DNA of 38,357 nucleotides from an uncultured Verrucomicrobiales bacterium. GTDB taxonomy: Bacteria > Verrucomicrobiota > Verrucomicrobiia > Verrucomicrobiales > DEV007. Below, piece after piece: positions 25,890 to 35,685 of this stretch (position 1 is the stretch's first letter; each line of letters begins with the position of its first letter). The stretch is from NCBI GenBank assembly GCA_964556355.1, contig CAZKYJ010000001.1:1-38357 (forward strand). Direction: 5' to 3'. The notes under the pieces are model-generated. The model was not told where the DNA came from and made no database searches. It saw only the letters and a program-made list of their open reading frames with translations. A program made the position numbers and the translations under genes.

Positions 25890-27102
25890 GGCGGCGTTGG
25901 TGGCGGTCGGGCCTCCCCACGATACGAATTCCGGCGCGGCGCTCTATCCGGGAGGGATTCTCGAAGGTCATCTTGTGATTGGAACACCCCGAGTGGAAGT
26001 TTGGCATTGCGGTATCACGCCGTCTGGAGTCTAGCATGAGACCACCAAACCGGCCCCCCGGCCGCAACCTCAGCCAAACCCTCGCAAACTATGAAATCCC
26101 CCGGTTCTCTCCTGGCACCGCTGTCGCTTGCCATCGGCCTCGTGCTTCCTGCTTCGGGGCACGCGCAAGGCGACCCCATCCGGATCCTGCCGATGGGGGA
26201 TTCGATCACCTTTGGAACCGGCGGGACAGCCGGACTGGGAGGCTACCGAGGACCGCTCTACGACCTGCTCGTCAACGCGGGCTACGAGGTCGACTACGTG
26301 GGCACCTCGACCGGCAATAGTGAAGGCCTGGTGGAGAAAGAACACGAGGGACATGGAGGGTGGCGGATCGACCAGCTCGATGCGAACGTCGCGGGCTGGT
26401 TCAACGCGATCGAGGATCCTGACATCATTCTCCTCCACATCGGGACGAACGATTTCGGCCAGGGGAACGATACGGTCAACGCGATCAACCGGATCGACGC
26501 CCTCATCACCAAGATGGCGGGTCTCCGCCCGAACGCCCACATCGTCGTCACGAATATCATGGAGCGCGGCGAGCCGCAGAACTCCCAGATCCAGGCACAG
26601 TTCAACCCGTTTATCGAAGGGGTGGTGGAAGACCAGATGGACGCCGGCAACCTCGTGTCCTTCCTCGACATGCGCTCGGCGGTCCCGCTTTCCGACATGC
26701 CGGACAACCTCCACCCGAACCAGACGGGCTACGGGAAGATGGCGGCGGCGTGGTTCGGGGCCATCGAGGGGATCGTCGAACCGGACGACGACGTTCCACC
26801 GGCCATCGTCCGCGCGCGTGGGACCGTCGGCCGCGACTCGGTCATCGTCACCTTCAACCGCGACCTCGAGCCGACCTCGGCGGAGACCGTGGGCAACTAC
26901 GCGATCAGCGGTGGCATCGACGTCCTCACGGCGGCGCTTTCCGCCAACGGCCGAACGGTCACTTTGGGCACCACCCTGCAAAGTCTCGGGACGTCCTACA
27001 CGCTCACCGTCAACAATGTTCAGGATCTCGTCGAGCCGACCCCCAATACCATCGCCCAAGACTCGACAGTGGACTTCTTCCCCGCCACGCCGCGCGGCTA
27101 TG

Positions 27103-27706
27103 CCAACAACGTCCCCGAGTCCGAGTGCTATACCTTGGTCTATTCGCTCGAGATCCCGGATTCCCCAGACTACCAGAGTCTCCCCGTCAGCTACGACATC
27201 GATCACCAGAACCGTGTGGGCAGTTTCGACCGCATCGCCTACTACCTCGAGCTGCAGACTCCGGGAGGGGACGGGCATCCGTCGATGCGTTCACGGCGGA
27301 CATCACGCAGATCGGGGTTCCGACACTGGCTTCCGGGGCGGTCTTCCAAGAGCCCGTCGGCAATCTCAACGTCGTCTCCAACGTCCCCGGCCTCACCACC
27401 GGCGAGGGCCTCGTCGGCAACCTCGAGTTCTGGCCGGCGAACTACCAGCCAGCCAACTCAACGGGCGTCCCCGGCGCGAGCGACGCGCTTTTCGACTTCG
27501 GCGACAACCAATCGCCCGGCAACTACGGATCGATGCAGCTGCACCACACGACGGAGGGGGAAACGGTTTTCGCTTTCAACCGCTGGGGAGGTGCGGGCGG
27601 CGCGGCCGATCTCGGGGCCGGCAGCCGTCCGACCGGCGAGCCCGATTGGACGTTCGCCCAGAACGCCGCCGGCTATGCGGTCAAGACCCTGCAGGTGCTC
27701 GTGCAG
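27103..27706 (+). repeat. Module 1 of 4 of the unassigned ~200-aa repeat (contains the frameshift)
   Basis: The shared pattern is Y.LVYSL.IP ... FDR(I/V)AYY.E ... DAF ... IG(V/I)P ... GN(L/I)EFW..NY ... G(V/I)PGAS...FDFGD ... GSMQ(V/L)H ... DWTF ... L.VLV. Confidence 0.8.
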
Positions 27707-28027
27707 ACCGTCGGTGATCTGACGCCGCCGATGCTCGCCTCGGCCGAGGCCAGTTTCTCGCGCACGAATATCACCGTGCGCTTTACCGAACCGGTGCGCG
27801 TCGCCTCGTTGCGCTCGTCGGATTTCTCCCTGGATGGAGGGGTCGACATCTTGAGGTTGAGCTTCGGCGACGACCACCACGAGGTCGTCTTGGATACGAC
27901 GTTCCATCCGGACGACACGCCGCTCACCCTGACCGTGAACGGGGCGCGTGACACCTCGCCCAACGCGAACCCCATCGCCCCCGATTCGACCATCGCGGTG
28001 GCCGAGGCAACCATCCCCGCGCTCCCC

Positions 28028-28657
28028 ACCGAGGTCGCCACGAACGTCGGTGTCGCCTCGGACGGTTACGAGCTCGTCTACTCGCTCAATATCCCGACCA
28101 CCGGCAACTTCAACGCGGGCAACCCCTACGCCGTCGACCTCAGCGATGCTCCCGGACCCTTCTCCCGCATCGCCTACTACGTCGAGACCGAGCGGTCGGG
28201 TCAGGCTCCCGAATTCGTCTGGGTGGCCATGGACGCATTCGCGACGAGCAAAGGCGCCATCGGCATCCCGACGGCAGCGTCCGGGGCGGTCTTCCAGCAG
28301 CCCGTCGCGAACATGGAGGTCATCTCCAACGTCGCCGGCGTGGAGACCGGCAGCGGGCTGACGGGCGGTAACCTCGAGTTCTGGCCGACGAACTACACCC
28401 AGCCGAACGGTGCTGGCGTCCCTGGTGCCAGCGATGCCACCTACGATTTCGGAGATACCCGTACGGCTTCGGGCACCCACGGGTCCATGCAGGTCCACAA
28501 TGCCGCGGAGGCGCAGACCATCTTCGCCATGAACAACTGGGGTGCCGACGGAAACCCCATCGCCCTCGGGCTGGGGAACCAACCGAGCGGGAACCCCGAC
28601 TGGACCTTCGCCAATAACGCGGGTACCTACACCCGTCGCGTCCTCCACGTGATGGTT
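28028..28657 (+). repeat. Module 2 of 4
   Basis: It shows the same motif series. The 18-nt string aacctcgagttctggccg is identical in modules 1-3 (it begins at 27419, 28370 and 29033). Confidence 0.8.
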
Positions 28658-28686
28658 CTCCCGGAGGCGGCGCCGCCGGTTCCCGC

Positions 28687-29335
28687 CGAGGTGCTCGCCA
28701 ACGTTCCCGAGGCGGGCGGCTACGAGCTCGTCTACACCCTGGATATCCCCGCCGCCGGGAACCTTTCGGGCGGCTCGGGCTTCACGCCCTACACCGTCGA
28801 TCTCAGCAACGGGGTCACCCCATTCGACCGGGTCGCCTACTACCTCGAGCTCCAGCGCACGGGGGAGCCCGGGCCGACCTACCTCTGGGTGTCGATGGAT
28901 GCCTTCACCGGCGACCGCGGCGACATCGGGGTTCCGAACCTCGCCTCCGGTGCGGTGTTCCAGCAAGAGGTCACCAACATGAACGTCGTATCCAACTCGC
29001 CCAACGTCACGGCGGGCACCGGCCTGACCGGCAACCTCGAGTTCTGGCCGACGAATTACGACCGGGTGAACTCGGCCGGAGTCCCCGGTGCCAGCGGCTC
29101 CACCTTCGATTTCGGGGACCGTCCCACCGCGGGCAACTACGGGTCGATGCAGGTCCACCATGCGGCGGCGGCCCAGACGCTCTTTGCGCTCAACCGCTGG
29201 GGTGCCACGGGAGAAACGACAATCCCGCTCTGCCTCGGGATCGGCAACCGCCCGGGCGTGGCGGATACCGACTGGACATTCGCAGACAATGCCGCCGAGT
29301 ACGACGTCCTCCGCCGCCTCCACGTCCTCGTCCAG
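28687..29335 (+). repeat. Module 3 of 4
   Basis: It shows the same motif series and directly abuts module 2. Confidence 0.8.
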
Positions 29336-29650
29336 CCGGGCAACCCGGCTCTGGACGGGCCGGAGATCGTGAAGGCGCTGGGATCCACCAGTCTCGACAA
29401 GCTCGTGGTCACCTTCGATCGCGCGCTCGCCGACTCGGCCGCCTCCGCGGGGAATTTCACCCTCGACGGGGGGGTCACCGTCACCGACGCGCGCCTCCTC
29501 CCGGGTGGCCGGGCCGTCGCTCTCTCCACCACTCTGCAGACCGCCGGGACGCTCTACACCGTCGCGGTTACCGGCGTTCGGGAGAATTCGGCTACGGCCG
29601 GTGAGATCGCGCCCGGGGCCAGCGTCCAGTTCACGGCCGCGACACCGCCC

Positions 29651-30283
29651 GCCGTCTTGGCGAACGTGCCCGAGGCGGCCGACTACGACCTGATCTACCA
29701 CCTGGCCATCCCGGTCACCAAGCCGCAGTGGAACCTCAACCCCATCACCTACAGCATCGATGAGGCGCAGTACGGCGAGCGCCTCTTCGACCGCGTCGCC
29801 TATCTCATGGAGCTGGACGGGAACTGGGTCTACGCCTCGTTCGACGCGTTCGGAAACCAGATCGGCCAGATCGGCGTCCCCGCCCTGACGGTGAGCAGTA
29901 CGCCGGTCCAGCGGATCGTCACCGACATGAACGTGGCGTCCAACGTCGGGACGATCGTGACCGGCGAGGGGATCTCGACCGGCAACATCGAGTTCTGGGG
30001 GGGCAATTACGCCGCCGCCAACGGGATTGGCATCCCCGGTGCCAGCGATTCCCTCTTCGATTTCGGCGACACGATGAGCGTGGGGGGGCACGGGTCGATG
30101 CAGGTCCACAACCACGGTGCTGGGCAGACCCTGTTCGGTTACAACAACTGGGGGAGCAATGCGGGCGGCGAGAGCGAGCTTGGCATCGGGAACGACCCCG
30201 CACCGGTCAACGGCGGCGTCGACTGGACCTTCCACGCCAACACCTCGACCTACACGACGCGTAACCTCTACGTCCTGGCCCGC
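29651..30283 (+). repeat. Module 4 of 4 (most divergent)
   Basis: Its motifs include YDLIYHLAIP, FDRVAYLMEL, GNIEFWGGNY, GIPGASDSLFDFGD, GSMQVHNH and DWTFHAN. Confidence 0.8.
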
Positions 30284-31093
30284 GCCGGAGGCGTGCCGTC
30301 CGGTGCCCCGCCGGTCATCCTGACCCAACCCTGCGACCGGCAGGTGGATCCCGGCGCCGACGTGACGCTGGCCGTGACCGTCGCCGGCGACGGTCCCGTC
30401 ACCTACCAGTGGCGCTTCAACGGCATGGAGCTCCCCGGCGAGACCCGGCCTTGGCTCGAGCTCTTCGCGGTCGATGGAACCGACGCCGGCAGCTACGATG
30501 TCGTGGTGACGGGGGCAAACCTGGTCGCCACCACGTCGTCGATCGCATCGCTCACCGTGATCGGCACCAACCAGCCGCCCACATTCGGTGGGTTCGCCTT
30601 TGCCGTGCCGATGGATGGCAGTGCGATCATCCCCATCAGCGCGATCCTGGCCAAAGCCAACGACCTCAACGGGGATCCGCTGACCCTCGATGCCGTCGGG
30701 AACCCCAGTACGGAAAATGGCTCGGTCACCGCCGATGCCACCTCCGTCATCTACCAGCCCGCCGCCGGCTTCACGGGGACGGATACCTTCACCGTTACCA
30801 TCTCCGACGACCAGACGGGCGTGGTGATGGGAACCGTCACCGCGACGGTCACCCACCAGGAGATCACCCCAGGTATCGAGGGTGCGATCGCCCTGCTCGC
30901 CGGTGGGCAAGTCGAGACCGTCTTCGCCGGGATGCCGGGTCAGGAGTACGGGTTCCAGCGGAGCACCGGACTCGGTGGATGGGTCACTATCCAGACCGCG
31001 TTCGCCGGCGACGACGGCGTGCTCGTCTTCACCGATCCCTCGCCGCCGGCGGGAGGCAGGGTGTTCTACCGGACGATCGCACCCGCTCCCTAA

Positions 31094-31140
31094 ATGCTGT
31101 CGGCCAACAATTATTTTCAAGATCTTGTTAAGATTTTGAT
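31094..31140. promoter_or_regulatory. AT-rich intergenic patch with a small palindrome, a possible promoter/operator for the PEP-CTERM gene
   Basis: The sequence aatgctgtcggccaacaattattttcaagatcttgttaagattttgattgg stands out against the GC-rich background. It contains aagatctt (self-complementary) and atctt-gtt-aagat. Confidence 0.3.
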
Positions 31141-31230
31141 TGGGGAGGGGCGTCCTCAGTAGAACCCCCTGACCCCCGCGTGCCGATCGGATCGGCAGGT
31201 GCGAGGCGGGGGGGTGTCCCCAACACCGCC

Positions 31231-31917
31231 ATGAATCCCACCGACAGCCCCCTGCTCCTCGCTTTCGTGATCTCCGCGTCCTTCGGCGGAACGGCCAGCG
31301 CCGCCACGGCCCTGATCGATTTCGGAACGAACAACACGCCCGCCTACAACTCGGTGGTCGCGAATGCGGTCGCCGTCCCGCTTACCGACACGATGTCGCT
31401 CCCCACCACCTGGATGGTTTCCGTCACCAACATCGGATCCGGCGGCATGGGCAACGCGGGGGCCGGGGCCAACGTCTCCTCGTTTCCTGCCGCGGTCGCG
31501 GGTTTCGAGACGACGGCGCTTCAGGATAGCATCTTCGCGAACCAGGGAACCGGCACCAACCCCGCGATGCGCCTGACCATCGAGGGCCTGTCCCCGGCGT
31601 TCACCTACGACCTTCTCCTCTACGGGTCCCGTGCCAACGCCCAAGGGGTCGACCAGCGCTGGAGCATCACCCAGGGCAGCGGCCCCGCCGATGTCGACCA
31701 CTTCTCCGAACTGAACGACACCGTCGTCGTCGATTGGCCCGGCGTCAGCCCGAATGCCATGGGCGTCATCGAGATCACCATCAATTCGCCCGGACCGGAC
31801 AATCTCGGCGCCCTCGCTCTCAACTTCGGCTCGATCACCGAAGTGGTGCCGGAGCCGTCGGCCGCGCTGCTCGCCGGAATGGCGGGGCTCGCGCTCGTCG
31901 CCCGCCGGCGCCGGTAG
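31231..31917 (+). CDS. PEP-CTERM sorting-domain secreted protein
   Basis: The signal peptide is MNPTDSPLLLAFVISASFGGTASAATA. The C-terminus, VVPEPSAALLAGMAGLALVARRRR, combines a PEP motif, a TM helix and a basic tail. I prefer the internal ATG at 31231 over the track start at 31180. Confidence 0.85.
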   Translation: MNPTDSPLLLAFVISASFGGTASAATALIDFGTNNTPAYNSVVANAVAVPLTDTMSLPTTWMVSVTNIGSGGMGNAGAGANVSSFPAAVAGFETTALQDSIFANQGTGTNPAMRLTIEGLSPAFTYDLLLYGSRANAQGVDQRWSITQGSGPADVDHFSELNDTVVVDWPGVSPNAMGVIEITINSPGPDNLGALALNFGSITEVVPEPSAALLAGMAGLALVARRRR

Positions 31918-32123
31918 CCGTGCCATCTCGTCTTGTTCCCGCTGTCCCGCGCCCGGCTTCGCCGGTCTCGAGGTGATCGGCGACACGACGCCGAGCGGGC
32001 TCTCGGGGGATCTGGCTCGGAGGGTGGAAGTGCCCCCGCGGGTTCCGGCGCGCCCGCCCACCGCCGGATCCGGAATGACGGCGCCCGCTCTTGCGGAGTG
32101 GCCGGTTCGCTATCTACTGCCCT

Positions 32124-35100
32124 ATGACCAAGCCCCTCGTTCTCCTCGGGTTCCTGCCCGCCTTCGTTTCCGCCGAATCGGTCTGGGTCGAGGGCGAGAG
32201 CCCGACCCGCTCAAACACCGAGCGCCACGGCTGGTATGACTCGGTCAAAAAGGAAGTGCTCTCCGACAACAACTGGCTCTCCCACTACGGCTCCGCGCCG
32301 GGCGAGGCGAGCTACGCCATCGAGGCGCCCGAGGATGGGAGCTACACGTTCTGGGCGCGGCTCAACCCGGTGGGTTCGAAACCGTCATGGCGGATCGACG
32401 GCGGCGGGTGGACCCCGGTCGCCCTCGACGATGTGCGCGGCCAGCAGAATATCGCCAGCGACAACAAGCCGGACCACCGGTTCATCGCCTGGGTGAAGGT
32501 CGGTCAGGTTGCCCTCGCCGCGGGGGAGCACACCGTCGCTTTCCGCTGGGAAGGGGGTGCATCCCATTCCGGAGGGCTCGACTGCTTCGTCCTCACCACC
32601 GATGCCTTCGTCCCCCAAGGGGCCATGAAGCCCGGGGCGACGACCGCCGGCCGGGGTGCCGACACCGTGGCGGGGCCGGGGGAGGCCATCTGGATCGAGG
32701 GCGAAAGCGCCGACACGAGCACGATGAACCGGCACCCCTGGTGGTACGATCAGGTGAAGAAGGACGTGCTGTCCGGTGGGGATTGGATCTCTAATTTTTC
32801 CACGGACAAAGTCGGCGAGGCGTCCTACCGGTTCGAAATTCGCTCGGCCGACCGCTACGCATTTTGGATCCGTGCCAACACCAGCGCGAACGCCCGGCTC
32901 GAGTGGCAGCTGGACGGTGATGACTGGACGCCGGTCGATTTCGCCGACGCCCGCGGCAACCAGAACATCGCTGCCGACAACAAGCCGGACATGCGCTTCA
33001 TCGCCTGGACCAAGGCGGGCGATCTCCCGCTGGCGGAGGGTGCCCACACCATCAAGTTCCGCATGAACAGCGGAGAGGCGGCGAGCAACCACGGCGGGCT
33101 CGACTGTTTCGTTTTCACCCGGGTTCCCTTCGTGCCGGCGGGATCGGCCAAACCGATGGTGGCCGCCGCGTCGGGCGGCCCGGCCGAGTGGTTCCCGCTC
33201 CTTGCCGACAACGACACTTTCGATCCGGCCAGCGTCATCGACATGTCGGCGCTCGTCCCGGCTCCCGCCGGTGCCTTCGGCCCTCTCCAGGCGGATGGAG
33301 ATGACCTGCGCTTCGCCAACTCCGACACGCCGGTGAAACTTTGGGGCGTCGGTGCCAACGTCGAGCCCGGCCGCCACACGCGGGAGCAGATGGCACAGCG
33401 TGCGAAGTATCTCCGGAAGTTCGGGATCAATGTGGTTCGCCAGCACGCGGTGTTCGACGAGCTGAGCTCGGGGGCGGCGATCGATCCGGAGAAGCTCGAC
33501 GCCTACGACTGGTGGTTCGCCGAACTGAAAAAGAACGGGATCTACAGCGACTGGTCGGTCTTCTACCACTGGAAGATCGCGCGCGACTCCGGCTACCCGC
33601 TCTTCGACGACCTCGAAGGGAGCGGGGACGTCCGCGACACCTACGGCGTCATCACCGCCGCCCCCGAGCTTTGGAAGCTCCGCAACGAGGTGCTCACCGA
33701 GCTGCTGAACCATACCAACCCCTACACCGGCCTGCGCTACGCCGACGACCCAGCCCTCGCCATCGTCGAGATGCAGAACGAGGATTCCATCTTCTTTTGG
33801 AACCCGCTGGGCGACCTCGCCGCCCCGGATCCCCAACGGTGGCCGGCGCACGCCAAGCAGCTGCGCCAGAGGTTCGCCACCTGGGTCAAGGAACGCTACG
33901 CCGACGATGCCGCACTGAAGGCCGCCTGGGGCGGGCTGAAACGCGGGGACTCGGTCGGCGCCGACGAACTCGCCATCATGTCGCCCTGGGAGCTGGAGGG
34001 GAGCGGCCCGCGCGGTGCCTTCGCCGGGCAGGCCGGGCGGGCGGCTGACTGCATCCGCTTCCTCGCCGAACTCCAGCGCGGCGAGTTCGAGGACTGCGAA
34101 AAGGCGATCCGCGCCACCGGCTTCCGCGGTGTGACGATGACGACCGCATGGCAGGTCGGTGGCGCGGCGACCGAGGCCGCCAACATCTGGACGGACACCG
34201 TCGGAGGGATGATCGACCGGCACAACTACTTCGGCGGCGGTGCCGGCGGCCACGGCATCACCGAGGGTGCGGTGAAGAACGGATCGCACCTCTCTCAGCC
34301 CGGTGGCGGGATCTTTTCTATCGGCATGAAACAGGTGGAAGCGAAACCGTTCTGCGTGACCGAGTGGACCCAGTCCGCGCCCAACCAGTGGAAATCCGAG
34401 GCGGCGCCCCTCATGGCCTTCTACGGGCTCGGCCTGCAGGGCTGGGACGCCAGCTTCCATTTTATCCAGAGCGGCACCCGGCTCGGCGACGGCTGGGCGC
34501 GCATGTCGAGCTACGCCACCGACACGCCGGCCTATATCGGGCAGTTCCCCGCCTTGGCCATGGCTCTCTACCGCGGGGACCTCCAGGAAGCCCCCATCGT
34601 CGCCGCCCGCCGCCTTGGCGATGCCGAGATATTCTCCGGGTCCGACGCTTTGAAGCAAGATGCGACGAAAGGGGGCTATGACGCCAAAACGATGATCGTC
34701 GACGGTGGCACCCCGCTCGAGGCCTTCGCCATCGGGCGGGTGACGGTGGCCTTCGATGGCGGCGAGACCGAGCAGGCCGACTTCTCGCGATTCTGGGATG
34801 CGGGCGACAAGACCATCCGCAGCGCCACCGGGGAATTGACCTGGGATTACGGGCAGGAACTGGTCACTGTGCAATCCCCGATGACGCAGGCCGTCATCGG
34901 GCGGCCGGGGACGGGCAAGATCGAACTCCCGTCGGTGACAGCAACCTTTGCGACGCCTTTCGTCAGCACGATTTTTACCGCGCTCGACGACGTTCCTCTG
35001 GCGGAGTCGCGCCACATCCTCATCACCGCCCTCGCCCAGGACAAGCAGGCCGGTAGCCGCTACTCCGCTGACGGGACGGAGCTCGTGGCCATCGGCACCG

Positions 35101-35282
35101 CCCCGCTCCTGCTCGAACCGGTGCAGGCGCGTATCGCCCTCGCGGGCGCCAAGCCCACCCGAGTATCCCCCTGTGATCATTACGGGGTGCCGATGGATGG
35201 GAAGGACGTCCCCGTCGCCGCTGACGGTACCTTCACCATCGACGGCACCTATCGTGCCTACTACTACGAAGTGGAACGCTAG
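32124..35282 (+). CDS. Secreted glycoside hydrolase (clan GH-A TIM-barrel, GH5/GH2-like) with two tandem N-terminal CBM-like modules
   Basis: The signal is MTKPLVLLGFLPAFVSAES. Two ~150-aa repeats follow, then a barrel region: KLWGVGANVEP...KFGINVVRQHAVFD...NPYTGLRYADDPALAIVEMQNEDSIFFW (NE acid/base motif) ... FCVTEWTQSAPN (candidate nucleophile Glu). Confidence 0.8.
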   Translation: MTKPLVLLGFLPAFVSAESVWVEGESPTRSNTERHGWYDSVKKEVLSDNNWLSHYGSAPGEASYAIEAPEDGSYTFWARLNPVGSKPSWRIDGGGWTPVALDDVRGQQNIASDNKPDHRFIAWVKVGQVALAAGEHTVAFRWEGGASHSGGLDCFVLTTDAFVPQGAMKPGATTAGRGADTVAGPGEAIWIEGESADTSTMNRHPWWYDQVKKDVLSGGDWISNFSTDKVGEASYRFEIRSADRYAFWIRANTSANARLEWQLDGDDWTPVDFADARGNQNIAADNKPDMRFIAWTKAGDLPLAEGAHTIKFRMNSGEAASNHGGLDCFVFTRVPFVPAGSAKPMVAAASGGPAEWFPLLADNDTFDPASVIDMSALVPAPAGAFGPLQADGDDLRFANSDTPVKLWGVGANVEPGRHTREQMAQRAKYLRKFGINVVRQHAVFDELSSGAAIDPEKLDAYDWWFAELKKNGIYSDWSVFYHWKIARDSGYPLFDDLEGSGDVRDTYGVITAAPELWKLRNEVLTELLNHTNPYTGLRYADDPALAIVEMQNEDSIFFWNPLGDLAAPDPQRWPAHAKQLRQRFATWVKERYADDAALKAAWGGLKRGDSVGADELAIMSPWELEGSGPRGAFAGQAGRAADCIRFLAELQRGEFEDCEKAIRATGFRGVTMTTAWQVGGAATEAANIWTDTVGGMIDRHNYFGGGAGGHGITEGAVKNGSHLSQPGGGIFSIGMKQVEAKPFCVTEWTQSAPNQWKSEAAPLMAFYGLGLQGWDASFHFIQSGTRLGDGWARMSSYATDTPAYIGQFPALAMALYRGDLQEAPIVAARRLGDAEIFSGSDALKQDATKGGYDAKTMIVDGGTPLEAFAIGRVTVAFDGGETEQADFSRFWDAGDKTIRSATGELTWDYGQELVTVQSPMTQAVIGRPGTGKIELPSVTATFATPFVSTIFTALDDVPLAESRHILITALAQDKQAGSRYSADGTELVAIGTAPLLLEPVQARIALAGAKPTRVSPCDHYGVPMDGKDVPVAADGTFTIDGTYRAYYYEVER
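32181..32620 (+). repeat. CBM-like module A
   Basis: The module reads VWVEGESPTRSNTERHGWYDSVKKEVLSDNNWLSHY...GEASY...YTFWARLNP...WRIDGGGWTPV...RGQQNIASDNKPDHRFIAWVKVG...GGLDCFVLTTDAFVPQG. Confidence 0.8.
32688..33140 (+). repeat. CBM-like module B (507 nt downstream of A)
   Basis: The module reads IWIEGESADTSTMNRHPWWYDQVKKDVLSGGDWISNF...GEASY...YAFWIRANT...WQLDGDDWTPV...RGNQNIAADNKPDMRFIAWTKAG...GGLDCFVFTRVPFVPAG. Confidence 0.8.
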
Positions 35283-35685
35283 CGCCGTCACCGACGCGTG
35301 CGGGCAGCCGCTGACGGTCGAACGGCCTGCGGCGACGATCGCGGGCTGGTTTTCAATGGGATCTTCACCTACTCCGAGACGGCGCTTCACGGTCCGCCGT
35401 TCCTCTATCGCCACCCCGGAGGGAAACGGGACTCCGGTTCGGCCGGGTGCCGATGCCTACCCGAGATGCCTACGGGGGAGCAAAGTGATTGATCCGAGGG
35501 GCGGTCGCGGCTCAGAGTACGATCACAGGAAAGTCACGCGGTGCCGGACGGCCGCGTTACCCCAGCACATCGACATGATCACCGCCACCGCCCAACCGAA
35601 CCTGTTGTCGAAGCGTCGCTCCTGCGACGCCGTGACAGACGGGCGACCCCGCCACAGATTTCGACCGCCGTATCGGCCCGGTCGG

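Larger units (their letters stand above)
26091..31093 (+). pseudogene. Giant secreted multi-domain protein interrupted by a +1 frame change near 27262-27280. Domain order: SGNH/GDSL (CE3-like) esterase, Ig-like domains, four copies of an unassigned ~200-aa module, an I-set Ig domain and a cadherin-like domain
   Basis: The frame of 26091 gives a signal peptide and then the SGNH blocks ILPMGDSITFG, EGHGGWRI, LLHIGTNDF and DNLHPNQTGYGKMA. An Ig-like domain follows, and then module 1 up to FDRIAYYLELQTPGG, after which the frame decays into Arg/Ser-rich nonsense. The frame of 26750 takes over at ASVDAFTADITQIGVP and stays protein-like to 31093. The join aligns with intact modules 2-4 (e.g. FDRVAYYLELQRTGEPGPTYLWVSMDAFTGDRGDIGVP). 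Confidence 0.75.

Noticed and set aside
27255-27285. Programmed ribosomal frameshifting as the explanation for the frame break
   Set aside because: I see no X_XXY_YYZ-type slippery heptamer and no obvious downstream stimulatory structure. The G-run context favours an indel, whether a mutation or a sequencing error.
27458-31120. 1220-aa ORF on the minus strand, antisense to the giant multi-domain gene
   Set aside because: Its composition is Arg/Gly/Asp/Val/Pro-rich with no recognisable motifs. The plus strand carries clear repeated protein modules and Ig domains. This is a typical stop-poor antisense shadow ORF in high-GC DNA.
31167-31176. The 10-mer ccctgacccc, matching part of the RAYT repeat core, upstream of the PEP-CTERM gene
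   Set aside because: The flanks do not align convincingly with the repeat arms. A 10-nt GC-rich match in 38 kb of GC-rich DNA is within chance expectation.
35283-35330. Possible terminator hairpin after the GH gene (ccgtca ... tgacgg)
   Set aside because: The stem is only 6 bp, the loop is about 20 nt, and there is no T-tract.
32385-35414. 1009-aa minus-strand ORF antisense to the glycoside hydrolase gene
   Set aside because: The reasoning is the same: low-complexity Arg/Gly/Pro content and no signal or motifs. The plus-strand frame has a signal peptide, duplicated CBM-like modules and GH-A catalytic motifs.
34948-35685. Upstream extension of the FAD-oxidoreductase ORF (track start 34948)
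   Set aside because: It overlaps the 3' end of the GH gene and translates to Pro/Ser/Arg-rich sequence. A clean signal peptide begins at the Met at 35686.
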